Source: Candidatus Thalassarchaeaceae archaeon
Lineage (GTDB): Archaea > Thermoplasmatota > Poseidoniia > Poseidoniales > Thalassarchaeaceae
Assembly: GCA_045568235.1 (NCBI GenBank)
Contig: JBJLBJ010000021.1
Span: 66,386 to 130,385, forward strand
Reading direction: 5' to 3'
Length of the DNA stretch: 64,000 nucleotides
In this document: in pieces, positions 49,474-59,657 of the stretch
How the letters are laid out: every line of letters begins with the position of its first letter
Numbering within the stretch: position 1 is the first letter of the stretch
Notes under the pieces: generated by a model
What the model was told of the DNA's origin: nothing
Databases searched by the model: none
The model's input: only the letters and a program-made list of their open reading frames with translations
Translations under genes and position numbers: made by a program

Positions 49474-51147
49474 TTAATTTTTCTTACCCCAACGACGAAT
49501 TGCCTGCATCATCTGGCGTAACTCCTTGGGCGTGTATGTACGGCTTTGGCTATAAGCCAATTCCACAAGACGTGGGTCTCCAATCATTGACTGGACTTCT
49601 GCCGGAGGTTTTGTTGCCATTTGATCACGAGACAAATCGTGATGGACTCTGATTTTAGTAAATAGTGCCTGTTGGACACGTGTCCTATATGTTTTAGGAT
49701 CTAGCTTCTCTGGCCTTTCAGAAAATCTAGTCAAATCGAAGACATGTCGCCAATTCTCTTTTTGTGGAACTACCATCATTGCTACTAACAATAGTAAACC
49801 GACATTGAGAACCACTAACCATTTCAGAAAGGTATTAGAAGTTAACAAAACGATTGTCCCCATAGTTTCAACAAATGGGGCTGAAATTACACCAGTTATA
49901 TGGCGGCTTTCATCAAATACTATTTGAAAATTTGATTTATCACCAGCAAAATTTCCATTCTTAATTTTTGCAGATAATTCTGAATTATCAAATTCCATCA
50001 TATCATGAATCAATGCATTGAAATAATTGCTATTGCCTAACCAATCACTATTGCTATTTATTTCCTGATTCCAACAGTTTTCAACAATACATGACTCTCG
50101 CAAACCTGTTTTCTTTGCTTCATCTAAGGTCCATAAACGATTTGAAAATGCTTCTTCATCTGCGACAAAGGTGATACTTCCAGAAACAGATAATTCACCA
50201 ACTCCTCCAGAAAGTGTACTTCCACTGCCACCACTACTCACTTGGTCTAGTACTGTTATATTATGGTAATCAAAACGCATAATTAATTTTAAATCTCCAG
50301 GTGCTGGATTCAGAGGGTCGCCAGGATCTCCATTACCTTGTGTATCAATAAAGGCAGAAGTAGATGCAGCGCCAAGTGTCATTATTTGCCTATGTTCTGG
50401 ATTAGTAACATCCTTATTTGAAGGTTCAAATTTTAGGCCGGTAGGGGCTCTTAACATAACTGGCATACGACAATCTATTGGTTTATTAGTACTCAGACTA
50501 AAGGCAGAACAACCTTGTCTTAATGCAGCTGTAGACATACTATCGATATCTTGACCAACAGAAGCGACGGTCCACACGTTTCTCCATGTCACTATCTCTC
50601 CACCATTTGCATCTCTTTTTACTTGACCAGATTCATCAAATTCAACCCAATGTTGATTTTCATCGAGTAGGCCTCCGACGAATTTCTTTTTATCTTCATC
50701 ATATTTATAGTCGAAATAAGTTACTCCAAATTTATTGGCTAAAAGATTTGCATTAGAATTATCAGATGCGACTATTACCTTTCCTCCCTTTTCAGTGACG
50801 AATTTGTATATCTCTTCTGCTTCTGTCTCATCGATTGGCTTTTCTGGACCAATTATCAGCAACATAGTCCTGTGAGGATCTTTCCAATCATTTACCAACA
50901 TGGGAGTAGACATAGTATTTGCAATGAAGTAGTGCTCTTCGTCATCAAGGCTATCTCGCATGTCTGTTAGTTGAGCCAATTGATAAATTTCAGTATCTCC
51001 TGTTGCATATGCAGAATATGCCGTTTCCTTACCTGCAACGAATAACATTGGCAAAATCAAAAGTAAAACTACTGTGACTGTAAGTGAACTGACGATAATA
51101 GTTGAGAATCTTTCCTCATCAGTTTTTTCTTCAGCCATCCTAATCAA
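49474..51147 (-). CDS. Membrane protein with a large external domain flanked by N- and C-proximal TMs (DUF4350-like by context)
   Basis: 557 aa with TMs near aa 15-40 and 440-470 and a basic cytoplasmic tail. Position upstream of MoxR. Confidence 0.45.
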   Translation of the reverse strand: MIRMAEEKTDEERFSTIIVSSLTVTVVLLLILPMLFVAGKETAYSAYATGDTEIYQLAQLTDMRDSLDDEEHYFIANTMSTPMLVNDWKDPHRTMLLIIGPEKPIDETEAEEIYKFVTEKGGKVIVASDNSNANLLANKFGVTYFDYKYDEDKKKFVGGLLDENQHWVEFDESGQVKRDANGGEIVTWRNVWTVASVGQDIDSMSTAALRQGCSAFSLSTNKPIDCRMPVMLRAPTGLKFEPSNKDVTNPEHRQIMTLGAASTSAFIDTQGNGDPGDPLNPAPGDLKLIMRFDYHNITVLDQVSSGGSGSTLSGGVGELSVSGSITFVADEEAFSNRLWTLDEAKKTGLRESCIVENCWNQEINSNSDWLGNSNYFNALIHDMMEFDNSELSAKIKNGNFAGDKSNFQIVFDESRHITGVISAPFVETMGTIVLLTSNTFLKWLVVLNVGLLLLVAMMVVPQKENWRHVFDLTRFSERPEKLDPKTYRTRVQQALFTKIRVHHDLSRDQMATKPPAEVQSMIGDPRLVELAYSQSRTYTPKELRQMMQAIRRWGKKN

Positions 51148-51310
51148 CTCTAATTAAAATAAAATAAGTAGGTAGCACCTACAATGCCTTTGCGACAATA
51201 GAATTACAATTATATGTTATTGCCCAAAGTTTCTTGAAAATTTTTTAATTGACAATCTTTAGTTTATTTTTTACATCTTCTTAGTATATCTTTTTTGATT
51301 TTTTATGTCT

Positions 51311-52267
51311 TTATTGAACGCTATTTCTTCTAGTAAAAACAAGTGCAGCAAGAACACAAGAAATTATTGAAAGAAGGCTTGCTGAAGGGAGGCTTGAACC
51401 AACAACTTCAGTAGTTGTTGTAGTATCATCTACGGAATCTACGAGACCTGTGTTATCAGATAAAGAAGGATCAATCGTAATTTGAACTTCAGCGATACTA
51501 ACAGTTGATGATGCTCCAGTATTCATAGCGCCATTAGAGGCTATAGAAACTTCTACTTTACAAGTTCTCTTAGGATGGCTTTCAGAAGCAGTTAATTCCA
51601 AATCTGCTTGTGCAGTTTGACCAGGATTAAGATTCTTAGTCATCAATGAATCTAGGCCATTATTTGGAGTTAGTAGTGGACAATTATCAGAAATATCGAT
51701 ATCCCCTACTCTATCTTCAATATTTCCAATATTTATTACAGAAACTCTCAAAGGAGTTGAAGTACCTGCATTCATAGGTCCAATGGGATCGGCTATTTCT
51801 AAATCTAGAGAATATACTATTGGTATAATCAATTTTCCTTCTGCATCTTTTGAAGAAGGCGAAAGTTGAGGAGTGCCTTGTAATGATACAACTTTAGCAG
51901 TTATTAGAAAATCTTCTTGAGTCTTAGCTGCATAAGCAAGAACATTAATGTTTGTTACTTCTAGTTTGAAGGATTCATTAGAATTGGCAGCAACTGTAGC
52001 ATCGGACGGACCAGTATAAGTACCTTGGAATGGGCCTTCAAATTCAAACTCTAAATCCATTGAAAGGAATCCATTATTAGATATTATGAATGTTACAGAT
52101 GCTTTTCCATCTTCAGAAATATCAAATGGCTCACTTGAATCGTCATTTTCGAAATCTATTTCAATGTCCCATGGATAAATATCGCCTTGAGACTGTACAG
52201 AAGGAATGGTATTGAAAAGAAATAAAACAATTATCATAAAACTGAAGTATTTGACTGCAGCCGACAT
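51311..52267 (-). CDS. Secreted beta-rich protein with a C-terminal TM anchor
   Basis: I prefer the start at Met11 (52267), which follows the upstream stop directly without overlap. Signal peptide 'FSFMIIVLFLFNTIPSVQS'. C-terminal 'LLSIISCVLAALVFTRRN'. Confidence 0.5.
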   Translation of the reverse strand: MSAAVKYFSFMIIVLFLFNTIPSVQSQGDIYPWDIEIDFENDDSSEPFDISEDGKASVTFIISNNGFLSMDLEFEFEGPFQGTYTGPSDATVAANSNESFKLEVTNINVLAYAAKTQEDFLITAKVVSLQGTPQLSPSSKDAEGKLIIPIVYSLDLEIADPIGPMNAGTSTPLRVSVINIGNIEDRVGDIDISDNCPLLTPNNGLDSLMTKNLNPGQTAQADLELTASESHPKRTCKVEVSIASNGAMNTGASSTVSIAEVQITIDPSLSDNTGLVDSVDDTTTTTEVVGSSLPSASLLSIISCVLAALVFTRRNSVQ

Positions 52268-52268
52268 G

Positions 52269-53249
52269 TTATATCTCCAGTAAGCCCTTGCTTGCACGTC
52301 TAGATAAAACTTTGACCATTTTTCTTCTGTAAGAGGGTTGAAACCAAGTATTCAAAACTGGTTTTACAGACTTTCTAATTGATTCTGCTAACTCTTCTAC
52401 ACTATCATTTCCAGACCATGATTTTATTATTTTCTGAGATTCTTCGAAGTGAAATCGCGGTATTGATTCTATTCCCGTAGTTGCAACACGAAGGTCAGAA
52501 GGTCCTTTGATTCCCTTCTTCCACAACACTGCTACTCCTGCTTCTGGGAAATCCCAAGAGTCGCGTTGAGTGAGCTTTTGATAGTCTCCTTCCCATTCAA
52601 ATACATCATCTGGCAAAGTAATATGTGTTACTAATTCATCCTCCAATAGAATATTTTTTGTGATACCGTCTAATTTGAAAAAATCTTTAATTAATACTGA
52701 GCGATTACCTTTTGGTGATGCCAAATGAATAGTGGATTCAAGGCCCATCAATACAGGAGCCATGTCGGCTTGATAAGTTGCAACACAAAGAGTATTTTGG
52801 TTTGGAATTACCCGACAATCAGCTCCTGTACCGCAATCACATTTATGGCAATAGTCAATAGATTCCCTCCATTCTTCTGATTGATTAAACCAGAAACAAC
52901 GTGTATCTAGACATATGTTACCACCTAAAGTGGCTGAACGCCTAATCATAACGCTAGCAACTAGACTAGCAGATTTTGCTATTAAAGGATGAATTTTAGA
53001 GGATTTCGAAATATCGTAAAGTCGGGCCATGGCACCAATATGATTTTTAGAAATCTTATGTAAATCTTCTATTTTCGATAATGAAATGACATTAGATTTA
53101 GTATTAATATGCCACTTATAATTGGGTATCAAATCTGTTCCTCCTGCTATCCAATCGTAGTCTAAATTCTTTCTCCTGAGTTCTTTTACAATCTCAAATG
53201 CTTCATCTAATGATGAGGGCGTATGTAATTTAAATGGAGGCATTTTCAT
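52269..53249 (-). CDS. FAD-binding medium subunit of a molybdenum hydroxylase (CoxM/XdhB/HcrB family) with a Cys-rich insertion
   Basis: 'GGTDLIP', then 'ATLGGNICLDTRCFWFNQSEEWRESIDYCHKCDCGTGADCRVIPNQNTLCVATYQADMAPVL'. Confidence 0.8.
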   Translation of the reverse strand: MKMPPFKLHTPSSLDEAFEIVKELRRKNLDYDWIAGGTDLIPNYKWHINTKSNVISLSKIEDLHKISKNHIGAMARLYDISKSSKIHPLIAKSASLVASVMIRRSATLGGNICLDTRCFWFNQSEEWRESIDYCHKCDCGTGADCRVIPNQNTLCVATYQADMAPVLMGLESTIHLASPKGNRSVLIKDFFKLDGITKNILLEDELVTHITLPDDVFEWEGDYQKLTQRDSWDFPEAGVAVLWKKGIKGPSDLRVATTGIESIPRFHFEESQKIIKSWSGNDSVEELAESIRKSVKPVLNTWFQPSYRRKMVKVLSRRASKGLLEI

Positions 53250-56032
53250 AATTGATCACTCCTTTTTCTTCTTTCTACGTGCCTCCAAGCACTTCCTGCT
53301 AATCGAGGATTAGAGAGATATTGATCATCGGGGATGACACGTATTTCCCATCTAGAATCTTGTTCTTCTCCTGGTATTTCAGGATTCATGCCAAATAATG
53401 CACCATTGTGATATGGTGTTTTTTCTTCCGATAAAATTCTTTGTAAATCTCTTTCAGAGTGTTGAGAAGCCCTATTTTCTAATACTTTTTGTAAATCAGA
53501 ATGGAGTAAAGAAGGATTGGGCAAGTTAAGAGGATTTTGTATTTTTAGCGTTCTGCACTTCTTCTCTATCTTTTTGTATAATCTATCGCCTGTTATAGGC
53601 AATTCATTTACTCTTATCCCTGATGCATCATAAACAGCATTACAAACTGCAGGAAGTATTGGTAACAATGGCCCTTCTCCTGCCTCTTTAGCACCGAAGG
53701 GCCCTTCTAAATCATTAGATTCAACTATTATCGGATTAACCTTTGGCATTTCATGGATACTTGGTATTTTATAATCCAATAAATCCGGATTTAGTAAGTC
53801 TCCACCACGGCTATATTTCATTTCTTCACTAAGTACTTGTCCAAGCCCCATATGGCAAGAGCCTATGATTTGGCCCTTAACAGAGAGAGGATTTAGTGCC
53901 TTTCCACAATCATGTGCTGCCCAAACTTCAACAACTTTGGTTTGTCCAGTTTCCATATCCACTTTTACTTCGGCAACATAAGCAGAGAAAGAGTAAGCAG
54001 GAGCTAATCCTGCAGCAGCACCTTTATGCGCCCTTCCCATAGGAGGCGTACGATATGAGCCTGAAGAAGTGAGTGCTCCTCTATCTTCTTGGGCTTTATG
54101 TAAAGCTTCAAGGTATGAAACTCCTATTGCAGGATCTTTTTTATCGAAAATTCTCCTATCTCCAATAACAAGTTTTTCTATTTCAGTGTCTGTTATAATG
54201 GAGGCTGCCTTAAGAAGATCTTTTCTTATTTCCATGGCTGCAGAGATTGCTGCATTGGCATTCATGAATGTAACTCGTGAAGAATAAGATCCTAAATCTA
54301 CAGGAGATGTATCAGTTTCTCTACTTCTTACACGTATCATATCCAGAGGTAGGCCAAGAACTTCGGCAACAGATTGAGCAACAACTGTATCAGAACCTTG
54401 GCCTATATCTGCAGCTCCTGTATGAATTGTTACTCCTCCATCCATATCAATTTTCAAGTGGACTGTTGCATGTGGAAATTTATTGGGGTCCCAGTGAATT
54501 GGTAGGCCACTACCGGATATGAAAAAACCACAACCTATGCCAATACCGTGTCCTAATGGTAATTGTCGAAATTTTTTATCCCAATCTGATGCTATTTTGA
54601 CTCTTTCTAAACATTCCCTCATGCCAATACTAGTTATTCTAAAACCAGTAATTGTTGCAGAAAAAGGAGGTAATAGATTAGCTAGACGGAGTGTAATTGG
54701 ATCTACAGATAATTGCTCAGCAATATCATCTAATCCGACTTCAACTGCACACCTAGAATTGACTGCCCCATGGCCTCTCATGGCACCACTTGCAGGTTTA
54801 TTTGTCCAAACTCTAGCACCCGTATAATGGAAGGCCCCTAATTCATATGGTGCAGTATGTAAAACTCCATTGTAATATGTAGTTACATGGCCAAAGGATG
54901 CAAAAGCACCACCATCAATCAAGGCGTCAGTTTGAACGCCACATAAACGGCCAACAGAATCTGCATGTATGTCCATTTCAATTCTAGAAGGGTGTCTTCC
55001 TCTGTTTACCCAAAATACTTCTTCCCTATCAAAGGTAATTCTTACTGGCCTGCCTGATTTTCTAGCCAATATAGCGGCACACATTTCATGAGGAAATGGG
55101 TCGGATTTTCCTCCAAAACCGCCACCTACGAAAGTTCTGTAAACATTAATCTGATGCATTGGAATTTCTAAGACATCTGCTAATGCACGATGGACGTAAT
55201 GAGGTACTTGTTGAGGAGTATATAATGTCAGCCTACCAGATGGGTCCCAATCGGCAACAACTGCATGAGGTTCGGTAAAACCATGATTAACACCAGCAAA
55301 TAGCCAATTTGATTTATGGTTCGCCACTGAGTTAGGAATCATTTCACCGATATTTCCAAATTCCTGAAACACTCTTTTTTGAACATTTGATTCTCCAATA
55401 TGATATTGCCCTCTATCATGTATTGGATTTTTAGAATCATCCAGTCCTTTACGCATATCATGGATACTATCTAAAATCTCATATTCAACCTCAATTAATC
55501 TGACTGCTTCTAAGGCTGTACTTTCATCAATCGCTGCAACACAAGCCACCAAATCCCCTTTATGACGGGTTTTCTCAATTGCCATTGCGTGTTCGTCTTT
55601 AGTTACCGGTAAAACTCCAAAGGAATTTTGTGCATCTGCACCAGTTGCTATTGCTATAACGCCTTCTAGTGCTACAGCTTTACTAATATCAATGGAAAGT
55701 ACGCGTGCATAATGATGTGGAGAACGTACGATTTTCCCAATTAATTCATTGTTTAATCTTATATCGTCTCCATAATTAGCTTTTCCAGTAACTTTCCATT
55801 TACTATCTACAAGTGCAGTAGATTTCCCTATTGATGTTCCGCTAATTAGTTCATCATGCCTATGGCTACCTCTGGGCTGGATTTTTTTACCTCCTTGGCT
55901 TTCTGGTATTAATTGGATATCACGTAACTCACTGAATTGATTTTTACCGCCCGAGCCGGGCCTTGAAAAAGGTAGCTTGCCCGGTTGTTGTCTGTAGCCA
56001 ACCATTTCATCATCATTAGACATAAAAAACAC
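53246..56032 (-). CDS. Molybdopterin-binding large subunit of an xanthine dehydrogenase/aldehyde oxidoreductase family enzyme
   Basis: 'FVGGGFGGKSD', 'GQGSDTV', 'EGPFGAKEAGEGP'. About 150-aa C-terminal extension. No CODH 'AYxCSFR' motif seen. Confidence 0.85.
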   Translation of the reverse strand: MFFMSNDDEMVGYRQQPGKLPFSRPGSGGKNQFSELRDIQLIPESQGGKKIQPRGSHRHDELISGTSIGKSTALVDSKWKVTGKANYGDDIRLNNELIGKIVRSPHHYARVLSIDISKAVALEGVIAIATGADAQNSFGVLPVTKDEHAMAIEKTRHKGDLVACVAAIDESTALEAVRLIEVEYEILDSIHDMRKGLDDSKNPIHDRGQYHIGESNVQKRVFQEFGNIGEMIPNSVANHKSNWLFAGVNHGFTEPHAVVADWDPSGRLTLYTPQQVPHYVHRALADVLEIPMHQINVYRTFVGGGFGGKSDPFPHEMCAAILARKSGRPVRITFDREEVFWVNRGRHPSRIEMDIHADSVGRLCGVQTDALIDGGAFASFGHVTTYYNGVLHTAPYELGAFHYTGARVWTNKPASGAMRGHGAVNSRCAVEVGLDDIAEQLSVDPITLRLANLLPPFSATITGFRITSIGMRECLERVKIASDWDKKFRQLPLGHGIGIGCGFFISGSGLPIHWDPNKFPHATVHLKIDMDGGVTIHTGAADIGQGSDTVVAQSVAEVLGLPLDMIRVRSRETDTSPVDLGSYSSRVTFMNANAAISAAMEIRKDLLKAASIITDTEIEKLVIGDRRIFDKKDPAIGVSYLEALHKAQEDRGALTSSGSYRTPPMGRAHKGAAAGLAPAYSFSAYVAEVKVDMETGQTKVVEVWAAHDCGKALNPLSVKGQIIGSCHMGLGQVLSEEMKYSRGGDLLNPDLLDYKIPSIHEMPKVNPIIVESNDLEGPFGAKEAGEGPLLPILPAVCNAVYDASGIRVNELPITGDRLYKKIEKKCRTLKIQNPLNLPNPSLLHSDLQKVLENRASQHSERDLQRILSEEKTPYHNGALFGMNPEIPGEEQDSRWEIRVIPDDQYLSNPRLAGSAWRHVERRKRSDQL

Positions 56033-56034
56033 CT

Positions 56035-56601
56035 TTAATTATTGAATCCAGGATGAGGATCACTTTTTGGAGAAGTCGAGTCTTCAATTTTTACATTATT
56101 AACCATTATTTCTGAAGCTGCTTTTACAGAATCAATTATTTGTTGATAACCAGTACATCTACACAGATTTCCTTCTATGGCTGTTTTTATTTCCTGATCA
56201 TTCGGTTTAGGGTTTTCATCCAGCAATGCCGAAATTACTACTAGAAATCCTGGCGTACAAAAACCGCACTGACTCCCTCCATACTCTGCAAAAGTTTCTT
56301 GAATTGGATGAAGATGATGTCCCAAAGATAACCCTTCGACTGTAGTTATTTCAGTACCTTCAACTTCCCTGGCCATAGTTAAGCATGATAATTTTGGTAT
56401 ACCATCAACTAAAACCGTGCAGCAGCCACATGTTCCTAAATCGCAACCTCTTTTGGTTCCAAGGCTTCCTCCTTTATTTCTCAAAACATCTAATAAAATA
56501 GAATTACTTGCTATAGTAGTAGAGAAATCGACATTATTTATTATTGATGTCCAAGATACTTCATCCGAGGCAGGAATCATTGGAAGTCTGAATCGGGACA
56601 T
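56035..56601 (-). CDS. [2Fe-2S]-binding small subunit (CoxS/XdhC-iron-sulfur type)
   Basis: 'CDLGTCGCCTV' and 'QCGFCTPG..', '..NLCRCTGY'. Confidence 0.85.
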   Translation of the reverse strand: MSRFRLPMIPASDEVSWTSIINNVDFSTTIASNSILLDVLRNKGGSLGTKRGCDLGTCGCCTVLVDGIPKLSCLTMAREVEGTEITTVEGLSLGHHLHPIQETFAEYGGSQCGFCTPGFLVVISALLDENPKPNDQEIKTAIEGNLCRCTGYQQIIDSVKAASEIMVNNVKIEDSTSPKSDPHPGFNN

Positions 56602-56606
56602 GTATG

Positions 56607-57308
56607 TTAATTCCCATCCGCCATAGTTCTTTGAGTATTTGGAATTAAATTATCTTTTTGTAGTTTTAATTCTTCAATAGCTTTACGTAAAATCATTAAC
56701 TCTGCTCTTTGAATATGTTCACCAAGAGTACTCCGAGCCATACCAAGTTCATCGGCCAAATCCTTTAGAGTAGCCTTAGACTCTGCACCATAATAGCCCC
56801 TGTAAGCAGCATAAGAAATTATTTCTTTTTGTCTGCTTGTTAAATCATCCGTCCAGCCATTTCCAATATCTCCTTTTATTGATTGAACACTAATCTTATC
56901 AGGAGGTATTAATTCTCTAACTAGTGATACGAACTTCCTGACTGAATCTGAAATTCCAGATATTCTCAATTCCATACCCATTTCTGAGCACAATTTATAT
57001 GGAGTTTGTAAGTGAATATTTGCCATTTCTATTCCCATAATTGCTAATGGATGTGTGCATAGTAAACTAACTAAGATACCGTCCTCATCTTCTTCATATT
57101 TGTCAATAACTTCGAAATAACTTAGTTTTGAAATATCTTCAAGAGATTTATTCTCAAGTAATTTTATCTCAGTTAATTGAGTTATTCCTTTTTTTGTAAC
57201 TGAAAGATGTCCGAGAATTTCAATACTATGGACGAGGCTAAGAATTTGAGAAATTTCATCTGAGCCTTGGAGTGAATTAATATTCCACCTTATGGCAACC
57301 TTACGCAT
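56607..57308 (-). CDS. HTH_10 (bacterio-opsin activator type) transcriptional regulator
   Basis: C-terminal 'LTSRQKEIISYAAYRGYYGAESKATLKDLADELGMARSTLGEHIQRAE'. I prefer the start at 'MRKVAIRW' (57308). Confidence 0.6.
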   Translation of the reverse strand: MRKVAIRWNINSLQGSDEISQILSLVHSIEILGHLSVTKKGITQLTEIKLLENKSLEDISKLSYFEVIDKYEEDEDGILVSLLCTHPLAIMGIEMANIHLQTPYKLCSEMGMELRISGISDSVRKFVSLVRELIPPDKISVQSIKGDIGNGWTDDLTSRQKEIISYAAYRGYYGAESKATLKDLADELGMARSTLGEHIQRAELMILRKAIEELKLQKDNLIPNTQRTMADGN

Positions 57309-57349
57309 ATTCAATGCAAGCAAGGAATATGTATTGAATCCTACGGAAA

Positions 57350-58570
57350 CTATGACCAATAAGACTCACGGATGGCCTGATTAGTTTCCATACATAGAAC
57401 TACATCGGATGGCCTATTAGGGATTTCAGCAGTACCATTAAGATGTTCAATGATTGGTAAAACATTACTCTCATTGACTACGCCCCAACCAACTTGAGTA
57501 CAAGGAGCAACGGGAGAAATAGGGGTTGTACCTGAGAGAGGGTCCCATGTAGAAAATGAAGGATACCAGGCTGAGAGGTTAAGAGCGTCTCTTAAATCAT
57601 CATTTGAGAATTTTATTTCAGTGCCATTGATTAGTTTTTTATCTCTTTTTTCTGGGTTTGCTCCAGATGAAAAATCGCCAAATTCTTCTCTTAAACTCGT
57701 AATTATTTTTGAAAGTAATCCGGCAGTTCTCGGAGTTGCGAATGATGTTCCAGAAGTTTCATGATAACCATCTATATCATTATGATTTGGTAGTATTTGT
57801 GTCCAATCCGCTGCCACATCAGGATATGATCCACTCATAGTTTCTTTCTGATCGTCTCCTTCTTCAGCATAACCAGAAATCCCTATACTCCAAGGAGGTC
57901 CAGCTGTTGAATCTTGTACCGCAGGAGATGGAGAATTGTCTGCAGCCCCAGTGTGTATTTTTCCTTTTTCTACAACTGCGACTTTTGTCGCATCTTCGAT
58001 CCCTGGGACTGGAATTGATCCTATTGGTCCAAAACTAGTAGTTATTATGTCAACAAGTGGTTGATTTGCTGCTGCCAAAACAGCAGCGTCACTAAAACCC
58101 TCAACAAAAAATATTACTGCATTGGGATTGGCGTTCAGTACTGCTCCTGTAACTGCAGTCCCGTGACCATCTTGAGGATCATCTAGAATTGGAATATCTG
58201 TATTATCATCAGGAGTTGTCCCAATTATCCTTGTACCTTTGAACCAAACAATATCTGTAGAAACGATTGTGTCCCAACATGATTCTTTATCTGAAGAATA
58301 TCTTTCTTCCCATGATCCATAATTAGTTATGTCACATACTTTAGTCACCCCTAGTCCATCCAATAGCCATTGAGGATAGTCTTCTTCCATGACAAAATGG
58401 TCATGATAGACATTTATGCCTGTATCTATAGGTGCAACTACGCTAAAAGCGCCAAAGTCATTCAACTCGGAATCATCTTGTAAACTAGATACTACTGTAT
58501 TACCATAACAACCACTGAAAGAAGATAATAGAAGTATCGATAAAGTGGAAAAAACATAAACTCTTGTCAT
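57350..58570 (-). CDS. Subtilisin-like S8 serine peptidase, lipoprotein
   Basis: Lipobox 'LLSSFSGC'. Triad contexts 'PIDTGIN', 'DGHGTAVTGA', 'SGTSFATPRTAG'. Confidence 0.75.
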   Translation of the reverse strand: MTRVYVFSTLSILLLSSFSGCYGNTVVSSLQDDSELNDFGAFSVVAPIDTGINVYHDHFVMEEDYPQWLLDGLGVTKVCDITNYGSWEERYSSDKESCWDTIVSTDIVWFKGTRIIGTTPDDNTDIPILDDPQDGHGTAVTGAVLNANPNAVIFFVEGFSDAAVLAAANQPLVDIITTSFGPIGSIPVPGIEDATKVAVVEKGKIHTGAADNSPSPAVQDSTAGPPWSIGISGYAEEGDDQKETMSGSYPDVAADWTQILPNHNDIDGYHETSGTSFATPRTAGLLSKIITSLREEFGDFSSGANPEKRDKKLINGTEIKFSNDDLRDALNLSAWYPSFSTWDPLSGTTPISPVAPCTQVGWGVVNESNVLPIIEHLNGTAEIPNRPSDVVLCMETNQAIRESYWS

Positions 58571-58585
58571 TTTTTATTTCTCCAT

Positions 58586-59434
58586 TTAATTAATTTCTGA
58601 AGATTTTTTCGCATCTAAAGATATTATCTCGGCGCAAATAGCAATTGCTATTTCTTCTGGAGTGTGTGCACCTATGGATAAGCCAATAGGGCATCTTGTT
58701 GAATCAACAATAGCAATAGGAATATTTGCATCCAATGCCGCTTCCCTAAATGCCGACCATTTAGTCTTAGAGCCTATGCAACCAACTCTTGGCCTTTGAT
58801 TTAACTCAATTTTAGATAAAATACCAATTAAAATTTCCTGATCTAGACTCCAATCATGGCCTAATAAGAAAATATCTGAGAATCTAGAAAGAGATTTTAT
58901 ATCTTCCGAGTCCAGAAATTCGGGAATAGAAGAAGTGTATATTTCTTCGGCATCCGGAAATCTTTCTTTGTTAGAGAATTCCTCTCGAACATCGAAAATA
59001 CTGTAAGTCCAACCTATAGAATCACAAACAAATGACAATGATTTTCCGACATGCCCTCCTCCAATAATTAGAATATTAGGAGAAGTATTTATTACTTCCA
59101 AAGATACTGTCAACTGACCACCACAGAGACTGTCCAAAGCGGTTACTTCTTTGCCTTTTCCATCCTTATATAGTAAAAAATTCTCTATCCTCCCTCCCTG
59201 TGTAGACATTCTATATGGTCTTTTAATTAATTCATAAAGTGCTGTCTCGATTTTGAGTTCTAATCCTGCTCCTCCAATTGTACCGAATTTTTCACCGTTT
59301 TTAATCATAGCCAATTTGGCGCCTGGTTTACCTGGTATACTGCCTTTTGAATCGATTACAGTAGCCAAGGCTACATCGTAACCTTCTGCTAACTTTTCTA
59401 AAATCCAAGAATGGACTCTACGAGTCATACTCAT
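58586..59434 (-). CDS. xdhC: XdhC/CoxI-family molybdenum cofactor insertion chaperone
   Basis: 'ALATVIDSKGSIPGKPGAKL..GTIGGAGLE' N-domain and the Rossmann-like 'ILIIGGGHVG'. Confidence 0.75.
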   Translation of the reverse strand: MSMTRRVHSWILEKLAEGYDVALATVIDSKGSIPGKPGAKLAMIKNGEKFGTIGGAGLELKIETALYELIKRPYRMSTQGGRIENFLLYKDGKGKEVTALDSLCGGQLTVSLEVINTSPNILIIGGGHVGKSLSFVCDSIGWTYSIFDVREEFSNKERFPDAEEIYTSSIPEFLDSEDIKSLSRFSDIFLLGHDWSLDQEILIGILSKIELNQRPRVGCIGSKTKWSAFREAALDANIPIAIVDSTRCPIGLSIGAHTPEEIAIAICAEIISLDAKKSSEIN

Positions 59435-59657
59435 CTCAGGAGAATCACATATTTGTTATTAATCTATGAAATAGTCGAAAGCGACATCCAAGACTATCAT
59501 AACTGCAACCTTCTTGAATCGGTTGATTAATGCATTAGGACTCTTTCGTAGATAATATGCGAGATGTCTCCGAACTATTCAGTGGCGGCACCTGCTCGTT
59601 TCAGAATCGCTCATATGATTCGCTCACGATTCCTAAAATTTTGAAGGAGTAAAGTCG

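Noticed and set aside
53246-56032. Multiple + strand ORFs (54069..54287, 54277..54522, 54519..54827) inside the Mo-subunit gene, and similar antisense ORFs in cdc6/rps6e, eif2g, smc, moxR and others (for example 5406..5843, 6794..7564, 13400..13648)
   Set aside because: They are antisense to long ORFs with strong family motifs. They are low-complexity, lack motifs, and are typical of AT-rich genomes.
59435-59657. Possible riboswitch or sRNA in the 223-bp leader of the putative metal transporter
   Set aside because: I could not fold or recognise any known riboswitch core. Only a weak direct repeat (aatcgctca / attcgctca) is present. I also found no C/D-box (TGATGA...CTGA) pairs in the intergenic regions I scanned (5695-5763, 17164-17368 and this one).
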